Shown in pieces: positions 18,733-29,788 of a stretch of 64,000 nucleotides of DNA (positions within the stretch are counted from its first letter, which is position 1; each line of letters opens with the position of its first letter). The stretch spans positions 2,848,001 through 2,912,000 of the forward strand of contig OY968762.1 in the NCBI GenBank assembly GCA_963695225.1, given 5' to 3'. The translations under genes and the position numbers were made by a program. This DNA is from Vulcanimicrobiota bacterium (lineage in GTDB: Bacteria > Vulcanimicrobiota > Vulcanimicrobiia > Vulcanimicrobiales > Vulcanimicrobiaceae). Under the pieces are notes generated by a model. It was not told the origin of the DNA. It saw only the letters and a list, made by a program, of their open reading frames with translations, and did not search any database.

Positions 18733-20184
18733 ATGTCGATAGGCAAAGGCATCATAGAGCGTCTCCTCAGCGCTGGCTTGAGGGCCACTTGCCGCCCCGC
18801 ATGCGCTCCGAGAACCGTTTGGGGCGCGTGCAGGCTTGGGGCCTTGGCAGCATCTCTTAGTGCCGCTCTCGTCTCGTGTGGTGGCGGAAGCGGAGCGGTG
18901 ACGAATCTGCCCCAAAGCGTGACGCCGGTGCCCACAAGCGTACCCCCTAGTCCTGCAAGCGCGACACCGGGCCCCGTGGCCTCAGGACAGCGCGCGCAAG
19001 GAGCCGACGCGTTCGTTTCGTCCATCGGCGTCGTTACGCATATCGCCTATCCTGGTGGGATCTATGATAGCGCCGTCGCCGTCGCCCTCTTACAGGGCTC
19101 GGGCATCCGCTACTATCGCGACGCGCCCGCACCCGGCCCGGGTAATTCGAGCGGCAATTATCAGGCGCCGTGGACGACATACAATAGCCTCGCGAGTTCC
19201 GGAATCCATGCAGATTTCGTCTGGGATAGTTCAAACTTCTCGGGCGACCCGAGTACGTGGAATCCAACGCCGGACGCGCTGGCGAACGGGGTCAGCGGGA
19301 TCGCATCGTTCGAGGGCCCTAACGAGAAGAATGCGGCCTGTACCGGGAACAGCTCGTGGGTAGGTCCGGAGCGCGCCTTCATGCAGGCGCTATGGACGTA
19401 TTCACAAGCCCACGCATCGACGCTTCCGATCCCGATCCTGGCTCCCGCGCTGGGAAACTGCAACGGCATTTCGCGCCTTTACAGCGACTCGGTAGCGCTT
19501 GGGAGTCTCGCGAACGTAGCTAATGTTGGGAACATGCACGCATATCCCGGCTTCACGGTTGTGCCGGAAGTCGGCGGGCTCGTCGATGCGCAGGGCGGCG
19601 CGCCATCGTATGTCGACGCAGCGCGCCAGGTCATTCCAAGCGGCCCCCTGCAGATCAGCGAAACGGGCTACGGGACGGATCAAGTTTCGAACGCGACGCA
19701 GGCCAAATATGATCTTCGCCTGCTCTTGAATGCATGGAACCAGGGCATCGCGCGGACGTATCTCTTTGCGCTCATCGACGATTCGATCGACGGTGCCTCC
19801 TTCGAACACTTCGGGCTCGTCGACGGAACGTACGCGCCGAAGCCGGCATACAACGCGGTCAAGAACCTGATTGCAGTGTTGGCAGATCCAGGAGCGGCCT
19901 TCGCACCGGGAAGCCTCGCATACTCGCTGAGCGGGAACACGGCGAACGTTCAAGCGACGCTGCTTCAGAAGCAGAACGGCTTGTTCTACTTGATCTTATG
20001 GATCGCGGAGGCGGCGGGCGGTCCGTCGCAATCGGTCCAGCTCAACCTCGCTAATGCGGCGACTCTCAGCGCGCAAAGTTTCGATGCGAACGGCAAACTG
20101 ACGGCGGTCAGCCTGTCGAAAAGCGGGGGGGCATATAGCCTTAGCGTAACCGACACACCGACGATCATTACAATCCAGAGCTAA
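18733..20184 (+). CDS. Putative clan GH-A glycoside hydrolase lipoprotein, paralog 1
   Basis: Lipobox LVSC; EGPNE (putative acid/base), HAYP, ISETG (putative nucleophile) and HFGL...PKPAY; C-terminal beta domain. Confidence 0.72.
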   Translation: MSIGKGIIERLLSAGLRATCRPACAPRTVWGACRLGALAASLSAALVSCGGGSGAVTNLPQSVTPVPTSVPPSPASATPGPVASGQRAQGADAFVSSIGVVTHIAYPGGIYDSAVAVALLQGSGIRYYRDAPAPGPGNSSGNYQAPWTTYNSLASSGIHADFVWDSSNFSGDPSTWNPTPDALANGVSGIASFEGPNEKNAACTGNSSWVGPERAFMQALWTYSQAHASTLPIPILAPALGNCNGISRLYSDSVALGSLANVANVGNMHAYPGFTVVPEVGGLVDAQGGAPSYVDAARQVIPSGPLQISETGYGTDQVSNATQAKYDLRLLLNAWNQGIARTYLFALIDDSIDGASFEHFGLVDGTYAPKPAYNAVKNLIAVLADPGAAFAPGSLAYSLSGNTANVQATLLQKQNGLFYLILWIAEAAGGPSQSVQLNLANAATLSAQSFDANGKLTAVSLSKSGGAYSLSVTDTPTIITIQS

Positions 20185-20244
20185 CACCGGCGCGCTGAGC
20201 CGCGACGGCGGGAATTGCGCTTGCCGATCGAATAGTCTCCGCAT

Positions 20245-21609
20245 ATGGTGAGCCGCGTCCTTGCATGGTTCTGCGTGGTGCTCATAGGCTGTGGCTGCGC
20301 AGCCGGTCCGGTGGGATCGGGGACTGCTCGAGGCGGCCCGAGGAACTCGCTCACAGTGGCGGCAGAAGCGGGACCTGCGATTCGTGAATGGCGAGCGCAG
20401 CGAGCCGACGCGTTCGTATCGTCCATCGGCGTAGTCGCTCATTACAATTGGCCGGGCGACATCTACGACAACGCCCGCGCGGTCGATCTGTTGCGAAATT
20501 TGGGCGTTCGCTATTATCGCGTCGGGGCAGCTGCCGGCCCAGGCAACCCATATGGGAACTTTCAAGCTCCTTGGCTGACGTACAACTATCTAGCTAGGCA
20601 CGGCGTCCATGCCGATCTCGTGTGGGATGATTCGGACTTTTCGGGCGACCCAAGTAGCTGGAATCCGACGCCCGACGCCATCGCTAGCGGCGTCAGCGGC
20701 ATCGCATCATTCGAGGGCCCCAACGAGAAGAATGTGTCCTGCACGGGGGATCGCGCCTGGGCACGCCGGCAGCGCGCCTTCATGCATTCGCTCCGGACGT
20801 ACTCACGAGCGCACCGATCGACACGGTCGATCCCGATCTTAGCGCCCTCGCTCGGCAACTGCGCCGGCATCCGGCGCCTTTACGCCGATTCCGTGGAGCT
20901 CGGCGATCTATCCGGGTCAGCCGACGTCGGAAACATGCACGCCTACGCCGGTTGGACTGTTATTCCGGAAAATGGGGCTCTCGCTGAGGCGCGGGCGGGG
21001 GGGCTCTCCTATGTTGCCGCAGAGCGTCAAATCATCCCAAGCGGCCCGCTTCAGATCACCGAGGCGGGCTACGGAAGCGATAGGGTTTCGAATGCAACCC
21101 AAGCAAAGTACGAGCTCCGTCTGCTCCTGAATGCCTGGAATCATGGGATATCGAGGACGTATATCTTCGCGCTCATCGACGATCCGACCGACGGTCCCCC
21201 TTTTGCGCACTTCGGAATCGTGGACGGAACGTATACGCCGAAGCCGGCGTACTTTGCGATCAAGAACATGATCGCAGTGTTAGCAGATCCGAGCGCGCCC
21301 TTCGAACCGCGGGTTTTGGCGTACTCGTTGAGCGGGGACACGGCAAACGTTCAGACCACGTTGCTTCAAAAGCATGACGGCACGTTCAACCTGTGCGCTT
21401 GGGTGGCGGAAGCCGCCGGCGGTCCAGCGCAATCCGTCCTGCTCAAACTCACAAGACCGGCGGCGATTCGGGCGCAGAGTTTCGATGCGAACGGCGAGCT
21501 GACTGCCGTCAGCGTGTCGAAAAGTGCGGACGGATATAGTTTTAGCGTAACTGATACGCCTACTATTCTCTCCATTCGTATCGAGCAGGAAAGAGCCGGC
21601 TCATCATGA
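20245..21609 (+). CDS. Putative clan GH-A glycoside hydrolase lipoprotein, paralog 2
   Basis: LIGC signal; EGPNE and ITEAG motifs; colinear with paralogs 1 and 3. Confidence 0.72.
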   Translation: MVSRVLAWFCVVLIGCGCAAGPVGSGTARGGPRNSLTVAAEAGPAIREWRAQRADAFVSSIGVVAHYNWPGDIYDNARAVDLLRNLGVRYYRVGAAAGPGNPYGNFQAPWLTYNYLARHGVHADLVWDDSDFSGDPSSWNPTPDAIASGVSGIASFEGPNEKNVSCTGDRAWARRQRAFMHSLRTYSRAHRSTRSIPILAPSLGNCAGIRRLYADSVELGDLSGSADVGNMHAYAGWTVIPENGALAEARAGGLSYVAAERQIIPSGPLQITEAGYGSDRVSNATQAKYELRLLLNAWNHGISRTYIFALIDDPTDGPPFAHFGIVDGTYTPKPAYFAIKNMIAVLADPSAPFEPRVLAYSLSGDTANVQTTLLQKHDGTFNLCAWVAEAAGGPAQSVLLKLTRPAAIRAQSFDANGELTAVSVSKSADGYSFSVTDTPTILSIRIEQERAGSS

Positions 21610-21885
21610 GCGCCGTGCACCGGGGCAAGAGACTCTCGTAGCTGCGACGCCTGCGGAGCCTTTGGGCGAAGGCTATGCTTGCGCAGCTGCGCTTGTTGAG
21701 GCTTACTAGGTCCGCCGTCTCCGTTAGAATTGAGGCGGATCACAGTGCGCCGCGTCAGCCGTGGTTGTAGCTAAGTCCGACCGGCATTGCGCCGATAGTT
21801 CAGGTGCATGGCGGAATGCATCCAGTGCTTCCGCATTATCTCGAGTCTCGTAGATAGGCTCGCATGCGTGAGATGAGGTTCGCTC

Positions 21886-23307
21886 GTGCTGACGAACGCA
21901 GGCAGAGTCTTATTCGTCGTGCTTTTTGGAATGCTCGCGGGGTGTGGTACCGGAGCGGGATCGCTGACACCTACCGCACCTACCGCAACGATCGGGCAAT
22001 CCGGCACGACCTACTCGGATGGTGCAAACATGCAATGGCGATATCGCCGTCCGTCGCCTGTGCCTACTGCCACGGCAACGCCTGCGCCAGTAGCAAGCAC
22101 GGTCCCCAGCGTGGCCGCAAAGAGTGCTAACGCGTTTGTATCGTCCATCGGAGTCGTTACTCATTATAATTGGGCCGGCGACGTCTACGACAATGCGACC
22201 GCCGTCGCGCTCCTGAAGAACTCAGGAATCCGCTACTATCGCGTCGGCGCGGCTGCCGGACCGGGCAATCCGTACGGCAACTTCCAGGCGCCATGGACGA
22301 CGTTCAACTACCTCGCAAGCAACGGCATCTACGGAGATTACGTTTGGGATCTCGCGAACTTTGGAGGCGACCCTTCGACTTGGAACCCGACGCCCAACGC
22401 CTTCGCGAGCGGCGTGAGCGGCATCGCCTCTTACGAGGGAAGCAACGAGCCGAACTATTCCTGCACGGGGAACAACTCGTGGGTAAGTCAGCAACGGACT
22501 TTCATGCAGACCTTCTGGACGTACGACCAAGGCTACTCGTCAACTATTGGAATCCCGATGATCGCTCCATCGCTCGCGAATTGCACCGGTCTTGCGAACC
22601 TCCAAAGCGACGTGACGGCTCTCGGTGCGCTCTCGTATGCGAACGTCGGGAACATGCACTCCTATCCTGGCTGGACGACAATCCCCGAGCAGGGCGCGCT
22701 CGTGAATTCGCAGGGCGGTACTCCGTCATACACTAGCATCGCGCGAGTGACAACGCCGAGCGCTCCGCTACAGACGACCGAGACGGGCTATGGCGCGGAC
22801 AAGCTCGGCTCAACGGCGACGCAGGCGGAATATGATCTTCGCCTGCTCCTGAACGGCTGGAATCAAGGCGTCCAACGCACTTATCTCTTTGCCCTCATCG
22901 ACGACGCAACGGACGGGACAGACTTCGCGCACTTCGGTCTCGTTGACGGCAGCTACAACCCGCGCCCAGCCTACTATGCGGTGCAAAACCTCATCTCGAC
23001 CCTGGCTGACCCGGGCTCAAGTTACGGCGGGGGGCAGCTCGCGTACGCCCTTACGGACAACACCGCGAACGTCCAGCAGACGCTGCTGCAGAAGCGCGAC
23101 GGCACGTTCTATCTCGTACTGTGGGTCGCGGCCGTGGCGGGGGTAGGGTCGCAGAGTGTGACGCTCGTTTTCCCCGTCTCGCACACCGTGAGCGCGCAGA
23201 CGTTCGCTTCGACCGGAAAGCTGACGAGTACGAGCGTGACGCCGAACGGCAAGAACTATACGCTTAGCGTCAACGATATGCCGACGATCGTCTCGATCCA
23301 GGGCTAG
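21886..23307 (+). CDS. Putative clan GH-A glycoside hydrolase lipoprotein, paralog 3
   Basis: Lipobox LAGC; EGSNEP and TTETG motifs. Confidence 0.72.
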   Translation: MLTNAGRVLFVVLFGMLAGCGTGAGSLTPTAPTATIGQSGTTYSDGANMQWRYRRPSPVPTATATPAPVASTVPSVAAKSANAFVSSIGVVTHYNWAGDVYDNATAVALLKNSGIRYYRVGAAAGPGNPYGNFQAPWTTFNYLASNGIYGDYVWDLANFGGDPSTWNPTPNAFASGVSGIASYEGSNEPNYSCTGNNSWVSQQRTFMQTFWTYDQGYSSTIGIPMIAPSLANCTGLANLQSDVTALGALSYANVGNMHSYPGWTTIPEQGALVNSQGGTPSYTSIARVTTPSAPLQTTETGYGADKLGSTATQAEYDLRLLLNGWNQGVQRTYLFALIDDATDGTDFAHFGLVDGSYNPRPAYYAVQNLISTLADPGSSYGGGQLAYALTDNTANVQQTLLQKRDGTFYLVLWVAAVAGVGSQSVTLVFPVSHTVSAQTFASTGKLTSTSVTPNGKNYTLSVNDMPTIVSIQG

Positions 23308-23321
23308 AGTGGGATTGCGGC

Positions 23322-24632
23322 CTATCCCGATCCGCGTGCGTCGCGTAGCACCGCTTCGTATACGCGCCCTAATTCGGAAAGATGTGCAGCCATGTCAGGC
23401 GGGGCTTCCCAGTACCGCTCGTACGCCTCACGACCTAGGGCCGCCGCTAAGCGGAAATCGCTGAGGCGCATAAGCGATTGCCTCAGGCTCTCGGCGTCGC
23501 CGCCTCGGAACAGTATTCCGGTAAGGCCGTCCATTATTCGCTCCCTCGCAGCGCATGTATCCGCGGCGATAGCCGGAACGCCCAGGGCCGCGGCTTCGGA
23601 GACCACGAGACCTGCGGTTTCGTGCCAAAGCGATGGGAAGACGAGCGCTCGCGCCGCAAGTAGCCGCTCGACTACGGCCTCGCGCGGAAGCCAGCCTGTG
23701 ATCTCAGCCTTCGGATGACAACGCCGTATTTCGTTGCTGCATTCTCCGTCGCCGACGAATACGGTGGGGAGGTCGAGATCGGCTGCAACGCGCGCGAAAA
23801 GCGACGCGCCTTTCTCCGGGGAGAGACGCCCAATGTAGGTAAACGCGGAATTCGCGGCGACCGGAGCCGGCTCGCGGCGCTCGATCGAAATTGGGTTCGG
23901 CACACGGTGGAGCCGTGCGCTCGCAGGGAGCAGTGGGGCGAGGATCGACTCGCTCAGGTCTGAGATCGTGATAAAGTGACGAATGCCGGTAGGAACTTGG
24001 CCGGCGGCGCGTTGTACCGTGTGCCGTGCGAGGCGCCATATCTTATCGCGATGCCGCCGAGGGTCGCAATTCTCAGAAAGGCAGCTCGTGCCGAGGGGAA
24101 CGAGGCCGCAGATTTGGCCCTTGCGATGGTTGTAGAAGCTTCCCAATGGGCAAGCGACGAAGTATTCGTGCAGCGTCACTACAATTGGGAATGCTCGGCG
24201 AAGGGCGACGTTGACCACGCTTGACGAGAGCGCCTTCGTCCAACCGTGAAAATGCACGATCGTCCGCCAGGGATCGCGTGAATCGAGGACGCGGCTGAAG
24301 GCCCTTGCCGCCGCAGCATTCCAGATGCCCTGAGTGGCGGCGCGAATACGCGATGGGTCGCTCAATATATCGCGCTGTGCCGTGCATATTACGCTCAGAT
24401 TCGGCCTCGTTGTCAAGGCCGGCATGATGGGTTCCATGGCGGCGAAGACTGTGACGGAATGCCCGGCGTCGGCTAGAGCGATCGCGCTGGAGAGGGCAAC
24501 TTCGGAGCTTCCGCCGTTGATATGGGCGGCGTCATTAACGATGATAACGTCCGGGACCGTGGACTGCACGGCAGACATACGAGCGTCGGCAGGCCCTGCC
24601 GCGATGCGCTCCGCGGACTTCGCGGTACTCAA
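23322..24632 (-). CDS. Glycosyltransferase family 4
   Basis: GGSSEV, TLHEYFVACP, GRLSPEKG and ETAGLVVSEA motifs. Confidence 0.92.
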   Translation of the reverse strand: MSTAKSAERIAAGPADARMSAVQSTVPDVIIVNDAAHINGGSSEVALSSAIALADAGHSVTVFAAMEPIMPALTTRPNLSVICTAQRDILSDPSRIRAATQGIWNAAAARAFSRVLDSRDPWRTIVHFHGWTKALSSSVVNVALRRAFPIVVTLHEYFVACPLGSFYNHRKGQICGLVPLGTSCLSENCDPRRHRDKIWRLARHTVQRAAGQVPTGIRHFITISDLSESILAPLLPASARLHRVPNPISIERREPAPVAANSAFTYIGRLSPEKGASLFARVAADLDLPTVFVGDGECSNEIRRCHPKAEITGWLPREAVVERLLAARALVFPSLWHETAGLVVSEAAALGVPAIAADTCAARERIMDGLTGILFRGGDAESLRQSLMRLSDFRLAAALGREAYERYWEAPPDMAAHLSELGRVYEAVLRDARGSG

Positions 24633-25834
24633 TTCGAGGCTCCTGGGGAGTGTGCCGTCATGCCGCGGGGAGCGGTGACGCTCGCGTAGAGTTGCTCGAG
24701 GGCCTCGCCCATCGCGGCCGAGGAGTAGCGCTCTTCAACCATCTTCCGGCCGGCGCACGCGAGTGATGCTGCACGTGCGGGATATCGGAAGAGTGAGACG
24801 ATGCGATCCGCGGCTGCCTGATGGTCATCTTTCGGAAACAGAAGTAGCCGCAGCGGACCCGTGAGGATATTGGTCGTTCCGGTGACGGCGGAGGCGACCA
24901 CCGGGCGCTCCATCGCGAGCGCCTCCGCGACCGTGTAGCCGAAAGATTCGTAGCGCGCAACGCTCACGAGTACATCGGCTGCAGCAACGTATGGGCGCAC
25001 GTCGGGTTGCCAGCCGGCGATTTGGACGACGGAGCGTAGACCCTGATGCTCGATCTCTCGCTCGACCTCCCCGCGCAGTTCCCCGTCCCCGACCCAAATT
25101 GCTCTCGTGTCCGGGGCGCACGCGCGAACCCTCTTTACGACAGAGAGGAACGCAAGTGGATCCTTCTGATCGGTCATGCGCCCCACCGCAACGAGAAGAG
25201 GGTATTCACCGAGATTGAGTGACTGCCGGGCTGCATCGCGGCAGCGTGGCTCGTAATAAACGGAGTCGATGAAGGGGGTGACTACGGAGACGCGAGATGG
25301 TTCGGCGAGGCCGCAGGATACGATCTCATCGCGTTCGCCTTCCGAAACTGCGGCGAAACGGTCGGTCAGGGGTGCCAACATCCTCTCGATCGCGAGATAT
25401 GTCGGGTTCAGACGGAACGCTAGCGCATGCGGACTATAGATGACGAAAGACCGCTTTGGAAGCGACGCCGCGGCGAGCCGTGCGATCGCTCCAGCCTTCG
25501 ATGAATGCGCGTGAACGATGTCGGGACGCAGGCACGCGATTGCGTTTCGGAGCCTAACGATGCCGCGGAGATCGTCGACCAGGGTGATTTGTCGCAGCAT
25601 GTCGACGGGGAAAGTCATCCATGAGTCCGCCTGCGCCGCATCCAAAAGAGCGGGGAATGCGGCATCGGCGCGGCGCTCGGAATAGGCGAGCATAGAACGA
25701 ATACCTCGACCTCGAACAGCTACGCGTACGTTGTCGAGATAAGCCCGTGTCCCGCCGAGCGTTGCCTCAAGCACGTGCAGGACGCAGAGGTCGCGCGGTT
25801 GCTTGCCAGGCCGCTCGACCTCCGCCGACATCAC
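24629..25834 (-). CDS. Glycosyltransferase family 4
   Basis: DIVHAHSSKAG, GRMTDQKD and ESFGYTVAEA motifs. Confidence 0.92.
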   Translation of the reverse strand: MMSAEVERPGKQPRDLCVLHVLEATLGGTRAYLDNVRVAVRGRGIRSMLAYSERRADAAFPALLDAAQADSWMTFPVDMLRQITLVDDLRGIVRLRNAIACLRPDIVHAHSSKAGAIARLAAASLPKRSFVIYSPHALAFRLNPTYLAIERMLAPLTDRFAAVSEGERDEIVSCGLAEPSRVSVVTPFIDSVYYEPRCRDAARQSLNLGEYPLLVAVGRMTDQKDPLAFLSVVKRVRACAPDTRAIWVGDGELRGEVEREIEHQGLRSVVQIAGWQPDVRPYVAAADVLVSVARYESFGYTVAEALAMERPVVASAVTGTTNILTGPLRLLLFPKDDHQAAADRIVSLFRYPARAASLACAGRKMVEERYSSAAMGEALEQLYASVTAPRGMTAHSPGASN

Positions 25835-27198
25835 CGATGGACCGCTCTTGGATTACGCATCAGGCCCAGAACGATCCAGAAGAGCAGGCCGTCGAGGGCA
25901 AGGTGCTTATCGCCGAAGAAATCACCGGCAAGCAGCATGATCTGCACGGCAAGAGCGACTGCCGCTACCGTACGTGCCGCGCTGCGATCCGGACCGCGCT
26001 CAACCCACCATATTCGGAAGGCGATGACGATGCTCACGAACAGCACGCCAAGATACGCAAGCGTCCCCAGGATGCCCATCTCGACGAAACGCGACAAGAT
26101 GCCGCTGTCGAGAACTTCCGTTGAGCCGGCTGCCCCGTTGAGTTTCGCAGCAGTTCCGAGCTTCCCAAGTCCGGTTCCGAGCGGATTGATCAGAGCTTCG
26201 CGATAGGCAAGGTCCATTTGTTCGCGGCGGTTGACGGCCGAAAGGTCGCTATCGAGCCGCGCAAACGTGTTAATGCGGGTAAGGATGGTGTTCTGGACAT
26301 CCGTAGTGCCCGTGACGTATGGAAGGTAGGACAGCGCGAGCGCGCAGGCCGCGACTGAACCGGCGATCGCGAGCGCACCACCGATGCGGCGCGGTGACAG
26401 CAGCAGGAGCACTACCAGTCCAAGCGCAAGCCCGACCCAGGCCTCGCGTAACTGGCTCAGAGCGAGCGCCGCCAAAATCACCGTGACCAAAGGTGCGGAA
26501 CGCCACGACAAGATCGGAAATGCGATGAGCAGCGCGAGAACAAGATAGTCGCCTAGTGCTGCAGGCGCATTGAGAACGCTGAACACGCGGATCATATAGG
26601 GCATAGGCGACCCGATCGAGTTCATGTCGGCATTACGCATCCAGGCGGTGTCCCAAGGCGGAGCTGCGACAAACTGATAGATGCCGTAGATCGAGACGAT
26701 CGCGGCCGACCATAAGATGAATCGCGCGAAATCGGAATAGCAAACGGCAGCGTTCGCGCGGCGCCCGCCGAGCCAGACGCCGGCGGCGGCGGGGAGCACC
26801 GCGAGCGTGAACGCATAAAGCGCTGCAGCTGCGTTGCCCGCCGCTATTCCGAACACGAGCGCGTACGCGAATATCCCGGCCCATAAGACGGCGATTGCGC
26901 CGACCGGCGCTTGCGACGCCGCGTGTTTTGAAGCGCGAACCGCAAGCAGGAACGGCAGCAGTGCCACGATAGGCAAAACGCTGACGACGCTGATGGAAGA
27001 GAACCCGTGCTTCCAGTCGATTAGGCGCCTAAGCTCGGGCGCGAATATCCATACCGCAAGGAGTCCCTGGAGGGCAAACCGCCCAAGCCTATCGTCGCGC
27101 GATTCGAGTTCGGCCGTGCGCGGGGCTCGCTGCTGCGGCTTTCCTGTGCGTGAACCCAGGGCGGCTGTGCCCTGCATTATTGCGGGGCCGGCTCGCAT
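25831..27198 (-). CDS. O-antigen ligase/Wzy polymerase family membrane protein
   Basis: Many TM helices with RVFSVLNAP, SQLREAW, NPLGTGLG and DSGILSRFVEMG motifs; lies next to the wzc-like gene. Confidence 0.82.
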   Translation of the reverse strand: MRAGPAIMQGTAALGSRTGKPQQRAPRTAELESRDDRLGRFALQGLLAVWIFAPELRRLIDWKHGFSSISVVSVLPIVALLPFLLAVRASKHAASQAPVGAIAVLWAGIFAYALVFGIAAGNAAAALYAFTLAVLPAAAGVWLGGRRANAAVCYSDFARFILWSAAIVSIYGIYQFVAAPPWDTAWMRNADMNSIGSPMPYMIRVFSVLNAPAALGDYLVLALLIAFPILSWRSAPLVTVILAALALSQLREAWVGLALGLVVLLLLSPRRIGGALAIAGSVAACALALSYLPYVTGTTDVQNTILTRINTFARLDSDLSAVNRREQMDLAYREALINPLGTGLGKLGTAAKLNGAAGSTEVLDSGILSRFVEMGILGTLAYLGVLFVSIVIAFRIWWVERGPDRSAARTVAAVALAVQIMLLAGDFFGDKHLALDGLLFWIVLGLMRNPRAVHR

Positions 27199-29244
27199 TT
27201 AGGCGTTTGTCGGATCATCGGCGCCGGTCGCCGGAGCAAGGCTGTCGGCCGGCCGCGGTCTGCCCTTGATAATGGCATGCTGCTGCGACGGGCGCGCCGG
27301 GGCAATGGGCTGCCTGCTGCTGGAGCCGCCGCTTCCCTCGATTGCGACGATCCCGAATACCCGGGCGTCAATACGGGCGAGGACCTCGTCTAGTCGCTGG
27401 TCCCGGTATCCGAGCGGGCGATGGAGGCGGACTGCGATGACTACGCCGTCTGCTGCAGCAGCAAACTGAAGGCCGAGAGCGTCGTCGGCGATTTCACTCG
27501 CGTCGACGATGCAAACATCATATCTTTCCCGCAGGTCATCCGCGAGGCCACGAATACGCGTCGCCGACGTCGCACGGGCGAACGAAGTGCTCGCCAATGA
27601 GATCGCTTCGAGGTTCCGCACGCGTCCATTTACTCCCGGAGCCGTAAACGTCTGCCAATTCGATGGAGCTTCGACGGCGGTTGCGTTTAGAGAGCGCGTC
27701 GCCTCCGGGCGGTGATGATTGATGTCGACGAGCGCGGTTCTATGGCCGGCCTCGGCAAACGAGCGCGCGAGCGCGAGCGCAACGAGAGTCTTGCCGTCGC
27801 CGCGCTCTGCGGACGTGACCACAACGACCCACGGCTTCGTTATTGCGACCTCGATCTCGGCACGCACTGAGCCGATCGCCTTGGCCGCCGTTTTCTCCAA
27901 CTCCGCTCCGTTTCCCGAAGCTATGGCAAGAACGGGGCGTCCGGAAAGTGCCGACAACTCCTCCGGAGTGCGCACGCGCTTCTCAAGGATCTCAATAAAG
28001 TAGGCTAGCGCGATTCCCAGGACGAGGGAGGCGAGAAACGCCGTGACCAGACGTAGGCGGACGTGGCGAGGCAGCACGGTTTCGGCGAGCGTTGCACGAT
28101 CGACAACCAGGACCGAGTTGAGCGCGACTGCCGAGGCCTGGTCGGACAATGCTTTGGTGAGGCTTGCGGAAAGCGTGGCGAGGTTGGCGTTCGCGATATC
28201 ACGTTCCCGCTTAAGCTCAGCGACTCGGACACCGGCGGTAGGCAGCGTGTCTAGCGCGCGGTGCGTCTCAGCGATTTGGGCGTCGATGCGAGCGACGGCG
28301 GCGCGATCTCCTGCTACAGTCGCATGAGCTCTATTGCCCTCCTGAAGTGATGTGGCGTATGTGTGACTCTCGGTCGGCGCCTTTCGTTGGGCATTCTTGA
28401 CGAACGCATCCAGGTCGCGCTTCTCGCGGGCGATCTGCTCGCGCAAAGCCACGACGCCCGGATAGTCCTCCGTGTATTGTGCGCGCTCGCGCGTGAGATC
28501 TGCTTGATCCTGGGCGAGCCGCGTGGACAGGACGCGATACTCGGAGCTAGCGTCCAACTGCTCCTGATTGAATAGCGGAGAGAGTTGTGATGCGGCTTGA
28601 GTCTGTGAAGCAGCTTGCGCCGCGTCTGCGTCGAGCTGCGTCTGTGCCCTCGTACGCGCTGCGTCCAAATCGGCCATCCGCTGCGCTAGGGCGCTCGTTG
28701 TATCCGCGATGCCGAACGCGCTATTCTGCTTCACGGCCAGCTGAAGTTGCCGGTCCAGCCCGACCACTCGGGTTTGGGCGGCGTCTCGTTGTTGGCGCAG
28801 CGATTGGATCAGGTCGTCGTACCGCTTGGAGTGAGTTTCCTTATAGTAGGCTGCGATCTGTTCGGCGACGCCGTTTGCGACTGCCACTGCGAGTTGTGGG
28901 TTCTCATCGCGGTACGTGATGGGTAAGATGTTGGATCCGGGAAATATCGGCGAGGCAAGAGCCTTGCGCATTACCCAGACCGGCGTCTGCAGATGCAGGT
29001 CGTCGCGAATCTTACCGAGGATGTTCGTGCTGCTCGCGAGCGCGCTAAGCTGCATGACGTCGCTCGACTCGGAGTTTGGGTCGTTAGGGGTTGTAGGCGG
29101 CAACATGACCGAGGAGCGTGCTTCGTACGTCGGTGCAACTGTGAGCGTATAGCCGCAAATCAACATCCCTACGGCAACGACCGCAGCGATCGCAATCCAG
29201 CGCCGCCGTAAGACGTTGAGTGCGCGGATAACGACGGTCCCCAT
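27199..29244 (-). CDS. Wzc/GumC-like polysaccharide co-polymerase with fused P-loop (BY-kinase-like) domain
   Basis: TM - coiled coil (YTEDYPGV) - TM, then Walker A SAERGDGKT, LVDIN and YDVCIVD. Confidence 0.85.
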   Translation of the reverse strand: MGTVVIRALNVLRRRWIAIAAVVAVGMLICGYTLTVAPTYEARSSVMLPPTTPNDPNSESSDVMQLSALASSTNILGKIRDDLHLQTPVWVMRKALASPIFPGSNILPITYRDENPQLAVAVANGVAEQIAAYYKETHSKRYDDLIQSLRQQRDAAQTRVVGLDRQLQLAVKQNSAFGIADTTSALAQRMADLDAARTRAQTQLDADAAQAASQTQAASQLSPLFNQEQLDASSEYRVLSTRLAQDQADLTRERAQYTEDYPGVVALREQIAREKRDLDAFVKNAQRKAPTESHTYATSLQEGNRAHATVAGDRAAVARIDAQIAETHRALDTLPTAGVRVAELKRERDIANANLATLSASLTKALSDQASAVALNSVLVVDRATLAETVLPRHVRLRLVTAFLASLVLGIALAYFIEILEKRVRTPEELSALSGRPVLAIASGNGAELEKTAAKAIGSVRAEIEVAITKPWVVVVTSAERGDGKTLVALALARSFAEAGHRTALVDINHHRPEATRSLNATAVEAPSNWQTFTAPGVNGRVRNLEAISLASTSFARATSATRIRGLADDLRERYDVCIVDASEIADDALGLQFAAAADGVVIAVRLHRPLGYRDQRLDEVLARIDARVFGIVAIEGSGGSSSRQPIAPARPSQQHAIIKGRPRPADSLAPATGADDPTNA

Positions 29245-29788
29245 TAGGCGACCTTCATTTGAGCTGACGAGCGTAGCCGGCTCAAGAATGTGTGCGCGCG
29301 CGGAGGGCGGTTAGCACAAGTCGCAGCCGGCGTTCGTACGATCGCAGCGCGGCAAACATGTAGACTCCGTAAGTGGGTGATGTTCACACCTTGCCTCGAG
29401 GCCGCGAATCGATCGAACGAGCACGGGCATGGAGTAGGAAGTGCGAAAATAAGCGGCAGGTCGGGAAAGCAAAACGGTGACCCGCGGGCCGGGAACCGTC
29501 GACGTGCGAGCGGCTTCGCGACGTGAGTGCGGCGAAGGGGCGTGCTCGATGGTATCAAGGCAAGTGTGAGAAAGTCAATCTGACTGGCGCTGCGGCGAGC
29601 ATGCGCATACGCGCATGCGGGTCTGACGTAGTGTGTACCACTGCAGTTGATACTCGTCACGATGCCGAGTCCGTAGGAGATAGGTTCATGGCCGCGCCTT
29701 GCGAGTGTGAAGCGTGTGACGTAGCACGAGTTTAGTCTCCATTATGCGTCTTTGAAACCGGGACAACATGTGCCGGTTGATACGCGAT

